Notes under the pieces: model-generated
Databases searched by the model: none
Seen by the model: only the letters and a program-made list of their open reading frames with translations
What the model was told of the DNA's origin: nothing
Position numbers and translations under genes: made by a program
NCBI GenBank assembly: GCA_034521495.1
Contig: JAXHMK010000021.1
Span: forward strand, 115,455 to 179,454
Direction: 5' to 3'
Length of the DNA: 64,000 bases
From: Balneolaceae bacterium
GTDB lineage: Bacteria; Bacteroidota; Rhodothermia; Balneolales; Balneolaceae
Shown: piece after piece, positions 28,244 to 38,502 of the stretch
Position numbering within the stretch: the stretch's first letter is position 1
How the letters are laid out: each line of letters opens with the position of its first letter

Positions 28244-29977
28244 TTACGCTTTCGTTTTTTTAGATTCTTCTGCGGTTAATTGAATACCACCGTTTTCATC
28301 CATTTCAGGATAGCCAACGCCAGAAAATGCTTCATTTAATTCACTTATCTCTTCCAGAATTTCGCGTCCGGAATTAAATACAACTTCTATTCCGCTTTGC
28401 TCGGCTACTTCAGCCATGAATCGCCAAAGTGGTAAACAGTCGATCTTATTCTCTTCTGTTCGCCAGTTATCAAAGCTTGTTCCATAGCGGTCCAGGCGGC
28501 CTTCAGACATCTCGAGATCGAGCCGGCGGTTGGTGTATTTTGTCTCTTTTGCCGGGAACGTTCGCTGAATTCGGCCGTCAATATTCACATAACTTGCTGC
28601 ATGTTCGGCAGCAGTTGTGATTGGCACGACAAGATCAGCGGCCTTAGTTGTATCGGAATGATTCGTTGCAAAAACGATCACAAATTTATCGTCAAAATCT
28701 TCTTCAGAGAGAACCCCGCGATCCAGCAGATGATCACTTAAAACAATAACCAGTTCAGCATTTTTTACTGATTTTTTAATGTCTGAGGCATTCTCTTCTT
28801 TGAGATTCAGCAGCTTGCAGCCGGTTGTGTTTGGTGCAAGATCATCTGTAATCAAAAATCCGTCGCCTTTACCATCTTCTGTATTTGGTGTAAATACGGG
28901 CTGATTGATACCTGATAAGTTCGCATACTTGCTGAGGATGTAATTCTCTTCAACCGAAGCATGAGGACTACCAATAATCAAGATTTTATCATTTTCCGTA
29001 TCTGCTACCTGTTCATTGAAAGTGGCAATTGCGTTGTTCCAGGAAGACAGAATTTGTTCTCCATCAAGTTTTTGGATGGGTCGTGAGATCCTGTTTTCAT
29101 TAAACAATTTGTAAGCATCACGAGCCTCATCGGGAATCCAGTGATCATTTACCTCTTCATTATGTCGTGGTGTTATTCTCAGTATGAGATTATCGCGGGT
29201 CCAAAGGTCAATATTTGATCCTTTTCCATTCGTAATATCTATACTTGGAGTTTGATTCATCTCCCAAACCCGGGCTTTGAATCTAAAATCAGATGAGGTA
29301 AGTGCACCAACAGGACAGATATCAACGGTATTTAATGAGTATGGATCATCAAATGTACGTCCGGGTGCAGTTGTAGGGTAATTCTTATCCCCGCGAGAGG
29401 TGATTGTTAACTGGTTTGTCTTACTGATCTCCTCGGTAAATCGCGTACATCGGGTACAGTTGATGCATCGTTCTGCATCCAGTGTTACCCGAGGGCCGAG
29501 CTGTACATGCTTCGGTTTGTGTACTTTCTTCACTTCAAATCTGCTTCCTTCAGGACCATATTTATAAGTCTGGATTTGAAGCGGGCATTCACCGGCCTGA
29601 TCACAAATCGGGCAATCCAGTGGATGATTGATCAATATAAATTCCAGGTTATCTTTTTGTGCCCGTTTTACAAGGTCGTCGGTTTCCTGTGTGTGTACCA
29701 CCATATCATCAGCTATGCTGAAATTACAGGAAGTCTGAAGTTTGGGGAACCACCGAATTTCCTTATTTCCATCTTCATCTAATTCATACTCACCGGTCTC
29801 TTTGTCCTTCACATACTGACCAACTTTCACCAAACACTGGCGGCAGTTTGCCGGGATGGACATTGCCGGATGGTAACAGAAGAAGGGTACTTCTTTCCCG
29901 AGATCCTGAATAAACTGGAGCAGCTTGTGCTCTCCTTCAAATTCGTATGTCTGACCGTCAATGACTATTTCGGGCAT
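28244..29977 (-). CDS. nuoG: NADH-quinone oxidoreductase subunit G (short form)
   Basis: FCYHP..ANCRQC, HPLDCPICDQAGEC, CINCTRC, CPVGALT Fe-S motifs. Confidence 0.93.
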   Translation of the reverse strand: MPEIVIDGQTYEFEGEHKLLQFIQDLGKEVPFFCYHPAMSIPANCRQCLVKVGQYVKDKETGEYELDEDGNKEIRWFPKLQTSCNFSIADDMVVHTQETDDLVKRAQKDNLEFILINHPLDCPICDQAGECPLQIQTYKYGPEGSRFEVKKVHKPKHVQLGPRVTLDAERCINCTRCTRFTEEISKTNQLTITSRGDKNYPTTAPGRTFDDPYSLNTVDICPVGALTSSDFRFKARVWEMNQTPSIDITNGKGSNIDLWTRDNLILRITPRHNEEVNDHWIPDEARDAYKLFNENRISRPIQKLDGEQILSSWNNAIATFNEQVADTENDKILIIGSPHASVEENYILSKYANLSGINQPVFTPNTEDGKGDGFLITDDLAPNTTGCKLLNLKEENASDIKKSVKNAELVIVLSDHLLDRGVLSEEDFDDKFVIVFATNHSDTTKAADLVVPITTAAEHAASYVNIDGRIQRTFPAKETKYTNRRLDLEMSEGRLDRYGTSFDNWRTEENKIDCLPLWRFMAEVAEQSGIEVVFNSGREILEEISELNEAFSGVGYPEMDENGGIQLTAEESKKTKA

Positions 29978-30048
29978 CTTTATTGGATTGTTGATTTTTG
30001 ATTGACTTCGGATTGATAATTGGTGATTGGTGAATGTTGATTACAGAA
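29978..30048. repeat. 7-nt periodic tract (nnnGATT on +) downstream of the four-helix-bundle gene
   Basis: GATT-like words at 29986, 29993, 30000 and at 30011, 30018, 30025, 30032, 30039. Confidence 0.75.
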
Positions 30049-30402
30049 CTATAAATTTTGTTGGGCTGTTATCCTGGATTTGATAAAAATTGAAGTCAGT
30101 TCATAAGCTTCTTTTCTTAAGTGTTCCACTAATTTTTTAGATTTCAATTTTTCATCAACAATAAATTCTAACCAGAATTCAGATTCATCCGCTTCTTCTA
30201 TGACAATACCGATCTTGTGTATAAAAACTGCTTTCGTTTGTCCATGACATGCAGCTCTATAATTTGCAGCAACGGATGTACTACATCGTATTAACTGTCC
30301 TTTAATGTGATTTCCTAAAGCAGTCTTCGGTAAAGCGACAGCCAATTTTACACATCTATGGGCAAATAATTTTGTTCGTTTTATTAATTCTTCTTTTCTC
30401 AT
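30049..30402 (-). CDS. Four-helix-bundle protein (23S rRNA IVS protein / bAvd-like)
   Basis: RTKLFA, QLIRCSTSVAANYRAA, IVIEEADESEFWLE, EAYELTSIF. Confidence 0.9.
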   Translation of the reverse strand: MRKEELIKRTKLFAHRCVKLAVALPKTALGNHIKGQLIRCSTSVAANYRAACHGQTKAVFIHKIGIVIEEADESEFWLEFIVDEKLKSKKLVEHLRKEAYELTSIFIKSRITAQQNL

Positions 30403-30477
30403 GATGATTGAGGTTTGTGATTATTTGATTCAATTCTAAAATAATCAACAATCTCAAATCAGCAATCATCAATCACG
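30403..30477. repeat. 7-nt periodic hairpin-forming tract upstream of the four-helix-bundle gene
   Basis: AATCAAC AATCTCA AATCAGC AATCATC AATCACG (30443-30477), preceded by GATT words; outer stem GATGATTG/CAATCATC. Confidence 0.75.
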
Positions 30478-31768
30478 CGATAGCGTGAACGCTTTTCTTA
30501 CAGCGGGCTTCAAACTCATCCCGGAAACGGTTGATGGTGTGCCGGACGGGCCATGCGGCTGCATCAGCCAGGGCACAAATTGTACGACCTTCCATCTGTG
30601 TGGTAACATCAAGTAAGAGATCTAAATCTTTTACTTCACCTTCACCATTTTTAATTTTTAACAAAACTTTTTCAAGCCAACCTGTACCCTCACGGCATGG
30701 TGTACATTGTCCGCAGGATTCATGATGATAAAAATGGGCGATTCTCCACAGCATGTCCACCATATCGGTGTCCTCATCCATCACAACCATTCCGGCTGTC
30801 CCCAGCATGGTACCTACTTCCCGGAGGGAGTCGCTATCCATGGTAATTCCGTCAAGTTGATCGGCTCGTAAAATGGGTGTTGATGATCCGCCCGGAATCA
30901 CTGCTTTCAATTTCTTTCCGCCTTTTATGCCCTGTGCCACATCATGAATCAAATCAAGAATTGGAACACCGGAGGGCAATTCATACACGCCGGGACGGTT
31001 TACATGTCCTGAGATTCCGTAAAGCAGCGGTCCGGGATGATTCTCGGCACCAATGTTTTTGAACCAGTCCGCCCCGTTGTTGATTACCCCGGGTACATGA
31101 GACAGTGTCTCAACATTATTAATGGTTGTTGGCCGTCCCCAAAGTCCTTTTTGTGCAGGGAAGGGAGGCTTTACTCTTGGGTATCCACGTTTTCCTTCGA
31201 GGGATTCAAGCATGGATGTCTCTTCACCACAGATATACGCACCAGCACCGGAGTGAACATAAAAGTCGATGTCTCGTCCGGATCCTAAAATATCTTTGCC
31301 GATATATCCGGCATCATATGCATCCTGTATCGCCTCCTCAATTATATCGATGTAGGATTTGTATTCACCACGTATATATACATAGATCGTGGTGACTTCC
31401 ATTGCGTAAGCCGCGATCAAGGCACCCTCAATAAAAATATGAGGGTTGTATTCAAAAATCTTTCTGTCTTTGAACGTACCTGGTTCAGATTCATCTCCAT
31501 TACATGCCAGATATCTTTCACCGCCATCAGACGGGGGCATAAACGACCATTTTAAACCTGCATTAAAACCAGCACCACCACGCCCGCGGATATTTGCTTC
31601 TTTTACTTCGTTAACTACACTTTTTGAATCCGGCCATTTTTCGTCGTCTGTAAATACAGATTTCAGGGCCGAATATCCGCCGTTCTTTTCATAATTATCA
31701 ATCTGATCCAGGTCTGGAATGTCAGGAATCAGGACGGGTTCAAAATCTTTCCAGTCGGGTGTGCTCAT
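30473..31768 (-). CDS. nuoF: NADH-quinone oxidoreductase subunit F
   Basis: RGRGGAGF, NGDESEPGTFKD, GAYICGEET, ESCGQCTPCREG. Confidence 0.97.
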   Translation of the reverse strand: MSTPDWKDFEPVLIPDIPDLDQIDNYEKNGGYSALKSVFTDDEKWPDSKSVVNEVKEANIRGRGGAGFNAGLKWSFMPPSDGGERYLACNGDESEPGTFKDRKIFEYNPHIFIEGALIAAYAMEVTTIYVYIRGEYKSYIDIIEEAIQDAYDAGYIGKDILGSGRDIDFYVHSGAGAYICGEETSMLESLEGKRGYPRVKPPFPAQKGLWGRPTTINNVETLSHVPGVINNGADWFKNIGAENHPGPLLYGISGHVNRPGVYELPSGVPILDLIHDVAQGIKGGKKLKAVIPGGSSTPILRADQLDGITMDSDSLREVGTMLGTAGMVVMDEDTDMVDMLWRIAHFYHHESCGQCTPCREGTGWLEKVLLKIKNGEGEVKDLDLLLDVTTQMEGRTICALADAAAWPVRHTINRFRDEFEARCKKSVHAIA

Positions 31769-31771
31769 AGT

Positions 31772-32305
31772 CTATTTAATGTTATTTCGCAGTGGCATTC
31801 CGATTTTCTCATACTCTGGTTCCTCACCATTTTTCAAAGACTCAACAAGTTTATCTACTTTTTCTTCGGTAAGGTGATTGACATACTTGTCATTCGTAAC
31901 CTGTAACATCGGAGCGTAACCACAGGCACCAAGGCATTCAACTTCATTCAGTGTAAACATTCCGTCTTCGGTTGTTTCACCTTTTTTAATGCCGAGTTTA
32001 TCCTCGAGATAGTGCAGAATATCATAACCGCCGCAAAGCTGGCAACTCAGACAAGTACAAACATCTAATACGTATTTACCTTTCTCCTCTTTATAATATT
32101 GAGTGTAGAAAGTTGCAACTCCATGAACGTGTGCTTCAGGAAGGTCAAGAGTTTCAGCTACCAGTTTTTGCACCTCGGGATTGACATGACCAAAACGGTT
32201 TTGAGCAATCCAGAGAGCTGGTAAAGTGACCGGTTTTACTTCCGGGTACTTTGTTTTGAGTTGTTCAATTTCTTCGAGGTCTTCCTTTGTGAATTCGTAT
32301 GCCAT
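31772..32305 (-). CDS. nuoE: NADH-quinone oxidoreductase subunit E
   Basis: VCTCLSCQL, ECLGACGYAP. Confidence 0.96.
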   Translation of the reverse strand: MAYEFTKEDLEEIEQLKTKYPEVKPVTLPALWIAQNRFGHVNPEVQKLVAETLDLPEAHVHGVATFYTQYYKEEKGKYVLDVCTCLSCQLCGGYDILHYLEDKLGIKKGETTEDGMFTLNEVECLGACGYAPMLQVTNDKYVNHLTEEKVDKLVESLKNGEEPEYEKIGMPLRNNIK

Positions 32306-32310
32306 AATTC

Positions 32311-33603
32311 TTATTTGTCAGCTTCTCCAAGTACAGGATCAATTCCACCAATAATTACAACGGTGTCTGCCACCATTTCTCCGTCCAAAATATTTTCAAG
32401 AACCTGCAGATTGGTGTAGGAAGGAGCGTTAATCTTTAGTCTCCAGGGATGGCCAGTACCATCACTTTGAATATAATATCCAAGTTCACCTTTCGGAGAT
32501 TCAACAGCATGGTAACTTTCAGCACCTTCAGGTGGACAAATACCGGTGTCTGTCATCATAAAATCGTGAATCATACCTTCCATAGAGTAATACACTTCAT
32601 CTTTAGAGGGATATGATTTTTTTGCGTCGTCCATTCGAATGGGGCCGTTTGGTATCTTTTCGAGACACTGCTCTATAATTCTTACACTTTCATGCATCTC
32701 CTCCATCCGTACAAAATATCGTGCGAGGTTATCGCCTTCAAGCCGCGTTGGTATGTCAAAATCAACTTCCGAATACCGTGCATAAGGAGAAATTTTTCTC
32801 GTGTCAACCGGATAACCACAAGCCCTTAAAACCGGTCCTGTAGCTCCTAATTCTATAGCATCTTCAGTTTTTAAAACACCAACGGCTTCATTTCTTTCAA
32901 TAAAAATTCTATTCCGATCCAAAAGCTTGTGATAGTCTTTCAACTCTTTCGGAAAGGTTTGAATAAATTCTTTGATTGCACCGGTTGCTTCATTCGTCAG
33001 ATCATTTGCCACACCACCAATCCGGGCATGAGAAATAGTAAAACGGTGACCGCCAATCCGGTCCATGATATCATAAATTTTTTCCCTCTCCTTAAATGTC
33101 CAGATGAAAAATGAGACGGCTCCGGCATCCATCACCATGGTTCCAAGCCAGAGAAGGTGAGAAGAAATTCGGGCGAGTTCGCAACCGATCATACGTATAT
33201 AATGAGCCCGTTCCGGTACTTCTACATTTGCAATTTTTTCAACGGCAGTACAAAGCGCCACATTATTACTGTAAGGAGACAGGTAATCCATGCGGTCTGT
33301 GTAAGGCATGAATTCCTGGTAGGTCTTATTCTCTGCAATTTTTTCAACTCCACGATGCAGATATCCAATATCAATTTTTGTTTTTTCAATGGTTTCGCCA
33401 TCCAATTGCAGAACCAATCGAAGAACTCCATGCGTAGCCGGATGCTGTGGTCCCATGTTAAGAACCATCTTGGTGGAGAGTGGATCACCATCATCAATCT
33501 CCTCGATCGTGGTGTGCTTATCTTCAAGGCTTTGGTAGAGTTTTCTCTGATGCTCCTTGAAAAATGTGGGTTGTACCTTGCTTTGTATGTCTTTTAATTT
33601 CAT
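32311..33603 (-). CDS. nuoD: NADH-quinone oxidoreductase subunit D
   Basis: NMGPQHPATHGVLR, GYLHRGVEK, TDRMDY, VESPKGELG. Confidence 0.97.
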   Translation of the reverse strand: MKLKDIQSKVQPTFFKEHQRKLYQSLEDKHTTIEEIDDGDPLSTKMVLNMGPQHPATHGVLRLVLQLDGETIEKTKIDIGYLHRGVEKIAENKTYQEFMPYTDRMDYLSPYSNNVALCTAVEKIANVEVPERAHYIRMIGCELARISSHLLWLGTMVMDAGAVSFFIWTFKEREKIYDIMDRIGGHRFTISHARIGGVANDLTNEATGAIKEFIQTFPKELKDYHKLLDRNRIFIERNEAVGVLKTEDAIELGATGPVLRACGYPVDTRKISPYARYSEVDFDIPTRLEGDNLARYFVRMEEMHESVRIIEQCLEKIPNGPIRMDDAKKSYPSKDEVYYSMEGMIHDFMMTDTGICPPEGAESYHAVESPKGELGYYIQSDGTGHPWRLKINAPSYTNLQVLENILDGEMVADTVVIIGGIDPVLGEADK

Positions 33604-33614
33604 ATGTGGACTGC

Positions 33615-34127
33615 TTAATCGGAATCGGGCGTTGTACTCGGTAATTCAATAGAGCCGGGAATTCCCAAAAGCGGAAACTCTTTTCTCAATGGGAAGTAAT
33701 CAAAATCTTCCGGCATGAAAATTCTGCGCAGATCGGGGTGATTTCTGAAATAGACACCAAACATATCGTATACCTCTCGCTCAAACCAGTTTGCCGCTTT
33801 CCAGACCGGAATAACAGAATCTACTTCCGGATTTTCTTCCTCGCAGCGCACTTTTACAAAAACTCTTTGTTGATGCTTGAGCGAAATTAGATTGTAAACA
33901 ACTTCAAATCGATCTTCTGATGTATATCGGTCAATGCCAAAAACATCGCTTAAATAGACGTAATCTAATTTTTCTTTGAGATGTTTACTGATTTCAAGAA
34001 TGGAGTCGGTATCTACAACAATAAATGTATCACCCGAAGATTGATAAACGTCTACAAGTTTATCAGAAAAGTTTTCGGATAAAGAATCAACGGTTGATTG
34101 AAGATGTTCTGATAATTCTAAGCTCAT
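33615..34127 (-). CDS. nuoC: NADH-quinone oxidoreductase subunit C
   Basis: NWFEREVYDMFG, HPDLRRI, FPLRKEFPL. Confidence 0.96.
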   Translation of the reverse strand: MSLELSEHLQSTVDSLSENFSDKLVDVYQSSGDTFIVVDTDSILEISKHLKEKLDYVYLSDVFGIDRYTSEDRFEVVYNLISLKHQQRVFVKVRCEEENPEVDSVIPVWKAANWFEREVYDMFGVYFRNHPDLRRIFMPEDFDYFPLRKEFPLLGIPGSIELPSTTPDSD

Positions 34128-34134
34128 ATATCAA

Positions 34135-34617
34135 TCAGGTATCGAGCATTACAGAATGCTCTGTTTTAATTTTGTCCTGTATTTTCATCAATGCGTGAAG
34201 AACGGCATCAGGGCGTGGGGGGCAACCGGATATGTAAGCATCAACAGGAAGGAAGTTATCACAACCCTGAACTACTCCATAACATCGGTGCATGCCACCC
34301 GTGGATGCACATGCTCCCATTGCGATACACCATTTCGGATCGGGCATCTGGTCCCAAATCCTCCGGATAGCGTGAGACATTTTATATGTACACCAACCGG
34401 CAACAATCATTACATCGGCCTGTCGCGGAGAGAACCGCATTACTTCTGAACCGAATCTTGCTGCATCGTATCGTGGACCAGCAAAGGCCATCATCTCGAT
34501 GGCACAACACGCCAGGCCCATCGGCATGGGCCAAGCCGCGTTGGATCTTGCCCAGTTTACGAGCGTATCCATTCGGGTTGTTAAATAGCCTTTTCCAAGT
34601 GCGCTTTCTATTCCCAT
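34135..34617 (-). CDS. nuoB: NADH-quinone oxidoreductase subunit B
   Basis: [27 protein letters not shown]. Confidence 0.97.
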   Translation of the reverse strand: MGIESALGKGYLTTRMDTLVNWARSNAAWPMPMGLACCAIEMMAFAGPRYDAARFGSEVMRFSPRQADVMIVAGWCTYKMSHAIRRIWDQMPDPKWCIAMGACASTGGMHRCYGVVQGCDNFLPVDAYISGCPPRPDAVLHALMKIQDKIKTEHSVMLDT

Positions 34618-34618
34618 A

Positions 34619-35008
34619 TTACTTTTTCAAAGCCTCATATTTAAAATTTTTCATGTCCCAGTCTAATGTACCCTTCTTGAGAGTATAAATCAGACCTATA
34701 AACAGTATTACAATAAATACTGTCATTGCTACAAACGTTCCTGTTCCCAAATCTAAAAAACGAACAGCCCACGGATAAACAAATACAACTTCAAGATCAA
34801 AAACAATGAACTCCATGGCTACAAGATAGAAAGCAATTGAATAACGGTCTTTCGCCTGGCCAACCGGATCCATCCCACTCTCATAGGGTTTAAGTTTTAC
34901 AGAATTGGGTCGGTGCGGACCGAGAAATCGGGAGAGCGCCATAAAGGCAAATGCCAACACGAATGCAACGCCGAGTAGTACAAAAATTGGTAAATATTGC
35001 TCAAACAT
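34619..35008 (-). CDS. nuoA: NADH-quinone oxidoreductase subunit A
   Basis: PYESG, FYLVAM.FIVFDLE, KGTLDW. Confidence 0.96.
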   Translation of the reverse strand: MFEQYLPIFVLLGVAFVLAFAFMALSRFLGPHRPNSVKLKPYESGMDPVGQAKDRYSIAFYLVAMEFIVFDLEVVFVYPWAVRFLDLGTGTFVAMTVFIVILFIGLIYTLKKGTLDWDMKNFKYEALKK

Positions 35009-35207
35009 ATATGCAGATTTCTTACGATTGCTAAATTACCGCCAGACAATTGGAATGTCAACGTTGTAGCGGCAGGAATATAGCAGTTCTTACGGGCAAA
35101 GTAGAACTGTTTTTTAAAAAAATTAGGTAAAGAAAATCTATTTAGACTGATTCTAAAAGAACAGCAAATTTTACTTTCTGTAAATTACTCACCTTAATCA
35201 TTTTCTG

Positions 35208-37581
35208 CTATAAAAGATGAACAGATTCACCAGAAACTAAGCTGACCTGCTTCGTTTCTCCGTTTACAATTACTTCAACCGTTTGTCCAACAGGAGAGTA
35301 GAGAACTACGCTTGTTGCACTACCTTTTGTCCATTCAATATCTGCCGTGATGTTGCCTCGGGCTTTTAGCCCGGATACAGAACCTGAAGCCCATTTATCA
35401 GGCAAAGCCGGAAGAATTCTGATCAAATCTTCTTCGTGAGATTGGAGCAACATTTCTGCAATTCCGGCGGTAAGTCCAAAGTTTCCATCAATTTGAAAGG
35501 GCGGATGCAGATCAAACAGATTTGCAGCCATCGATTTTTTAAGAAGAAGCATGATGTTTTCATGTGCGAGATCTCCATCCAGGAATCGAGCCTGGAGATT
35601 AATCAGCCACGCCCGGCTCCATCCGGTATGGCCGCCTCCATGTTCCATCCGATATTGCATTGTTTTTTTTGCAGCATCTATTAACTCCGGAGTTTTTTGA
35701 TGGGTGATCTGATTCCCCGGATGGAACGCATAAAGATGAGACATATGCCTGTGACCGGGTTCAAACTCTTGGTATTCGCGATCCCATTCTAAAATTCTAC
35801 CGTCGCTTCCCAGTCGCACACCCGGTCTCAATCGGTTAAGTTGATCTCTGACTCTGGTAATCCATGGATTTTCAATCTCCAATATTTTCGCAGCAGCTAA
35901 ATAGTTTGTAAAGACCTCTTTAATCACTTGTTGATCTTTCGCACTACCAAGTACGAGAGCTGCGGGTTCACCACTCTCAGTAATAAAACGGTTTTCAGGC
36001 GAGGAAGATGGGGCAGAAACCAAAGAGCCGTCTCTCGGATCTTCTATCAGCCAGTCGCTGTAAAATTTTGCAACCTCCTGGATTGCCGGGAAGGCCCGTT
36101 CACGTAAAAAAGTCTCATCCTGTGTGAACAGGTAGTGCTGCCAGTAGTGCTGCATCATCCATCCGCCCGCTCCAAATGAAGCGCCCCAGTATGCCGTTGT
36201 TGAGCGAAGCCATGCCGGTGCCCAAAGGTCGGTTGCGTGCGGTAAAAAGGAACCGCTGGCGCCATAATTTACTCGGGCTGTTTCTTTACCATTTTCAATG
36301 AGTCGATCTAAAAAATCGAAAAGAGGCATATTTAACTCATCCAAGTTAGTGACATTTGCGGGCCAGTAATTCATCTGCAAGTTGATATTCAGATGATAAT
36401 CTGCATTCCACGGAGCCTCGATGTGCCGATTCCAAATTCCCTGCAAATTTGCCGGGTTGGTTCCTTTGCGTGATGAACTAATCAACAGATATCGCCCATA
36501 GTTAAAAAGCATCTCCTCAAGGCCAATGTCGTGACCTCCTTCAATCACCTGCCGGAGGCGTAGATCGGTAGGCTGATTTTTGGTTTTGTGATCGATAGAA
36601 AGTTCAACCCGATCATAAAGTTCTCGATAATCAGTGACGTGGGCATTCAGCAACTCCTCAAACGATATTTCAGAAACCTCTTTTAAATGAAATCTGTTTT
36701 TCTGATGGTAGTTTTTTGAATAAAAATCAGTTTTTGAAACCAGGTATAGCGTTACACTTTGAACGTTATTTAAACTCGATGGAATCGTCGTGGTAAAGTA
36801 CTTCGCCCCCGGTGTGATCAACTTTCAGGCGGGTATCAAATTTTACTCCGTGGGTAATGGGCCTTTCCTGTCCCTTAAACTCTCCGCCATACTGTGTGAT
36901 CTCTCCCTGCATGACCAATGCCTGTTCTTCCAAAAATGTGTGAGCGGTTTGATGGCCTTGATCATCCGGCCGGCTCATTGTTATTGTCGCAGAAAGTCCC
37001 TCATCTGAGGTGGTAGAGTATTCAATAAATATTCCATCATGTGGATGTGATGCGATTGCCCGCTGATGGATTTTATCACCATTAACTGTGAATTCAGATT
37101 CAAAAACGGCGTTCTCCAGATTGAGCCATCGTCTGTAATTTTCATAGCTTTCTGTATCAAAATCAATATACAGGTCGCCCATTGTTTGATGGGATCGTGT
37201 CACTCCTTTGTTCAGAAATTTTTCTACAAACAGAGAATCTGCCTGAACGTTATTACCCTCAATCAAAAATTGACGTACCCTTTCGAGGTCTTCAGGATCA
37301 CCTTCGGCAAGTCCCCAATTGTCATCAGCCGGCCACAAACTGTCTTCATTCAGTTGAATTCGTTCATGGGTTGGATCACCAAATATCATTGCACCGAAGT
37401 GGCCGTTTCCAATTGGTAATGCTTCAATCCACTCTGCAGCGGGTTGCTCATACCAAAGAACCTGCGAGTCATCAAATTCTGTGCTTTGATTTGTATGTTT
37501 CGCTTCTGTCGATGCAGCAAATATGCTGTTAAATGTGATTATAAATCCTAAAATAAAGAGGTAAAAATTGTAGAACTTCAT
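35208..37581 (-). CDS. GH95 alpha-L-fucosidase-like glycoside hydrolase, one frameshift near 36770
   Basis: EALPIGNG, QLNEDSLW, YGRYLLISSSR, NINLQMNYW, HRHMSHL, GWSRAW, FQIDGNFG across two overlapping ORFs. Confidence 0.88.
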
Positions 37582-37773
37582 GAATGGTACACAGGTTTTT
37601 GTTCACACTATCTTATGGAAGCAAATGATGTTGCTTTGCAATTCTATACAGAATTAAAATCATTAATAAGTTGTTTGAGAATTAATGTCGGCAGAATTCG
37701 TTTATCATTTACAGAAGGAATAAACGTATTTTAAATGTAAATATTCAATCATCGTCACTATTTGTGTTTTACT

Positions 37774-38502
37774 ATGAATAAATTCAAGATCTTTTTTCTG
37801 AGTTTTTCCATCATCATTATTTTCGTCTCTTGTAAATCAGGCAACAATGTAAACGTTGAATTTGAAGATGGAATCAGCGAGCCAATCAGAGATCTTTTGG
37901 GAGATGATCTGTTGAATGTACTTGAAAATGATTTGGGTCTTCCGATCCACAGAGGAAAAAATCCCCCGAACGTAGAAGCCCGACTATTAACATCAAGCTC
38001 CTCCATAGGTCAGGCAACTGTAATGATGCAGCCGACGATTTTGGAAAGCACAAACGTTCCAAATGATGGAATTCAGCCCGGCGGAAGATTTCGGGATACG
38101 CTATTCAGATTCAGTAACCAGGATAATAAAAACTTAACGGTTGATTTTGACAGGATTGTACTGGGTTCAAATCCATTTCTTGGAGAAAACTCATTTATAA
38201 TAGGTAAGGGTAAGAAATTTTCTGTATTTGGAAAGCAACTGGATATCGTAGAGCAGGATACCGTGGTTTCTGTAAACTTCCTGTCAGGAACGATGGATGA
38301 TAATGGGATCCGGGATGCCTTTGGAGGAATTATTGTAGTGGATGATCAAGGCATTGGGGTTTTCATTCCCAGTGGAACAGGACGGGTTTTCGTAGATGGT
38401 GATGGTTTTGCCGAACTTGGAAAATGGCCGTCCACAGGAGAAGGAGAGATCAGTAAAATGAATACCGATCAATTAATAATGAATTATCGTCTGAATGATT
38501 GA
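37774..38502 (+). CDS. Hypothetical lipoprotein
   Basis: Lipobox FVSC after a hydrophobic stretch; no recognised domain. Confidence 0.7.
   Translation: MNKFKIFFLSFSIIIIFVSCKSGNNVNVEFEDGISEPIRDLLGDDLLNVLENDLGLPIHRGKNPPNVEARLLTSSSSIGQATVMMQPTILESTNVPNDGIQPGGRFRDTLFRFSNQDNKNLTVDFDRIVLGSNPFLGENSFIIGKGKKFSVFGKQLDIVEQDTVVSVNFLSGTMDDNGIRDAFGGIIVVDDQGIGVFIPSGTGRVFVDGDGFAELGKWPSTGEGEISKMNTDQLIMNYRLND

Noticed and set aside
30049-30402. Diversity-generating retroelement (Avd-like gene)
   Set aside because: No reverse transcriptase and no TR/VR repeat pair in the window.
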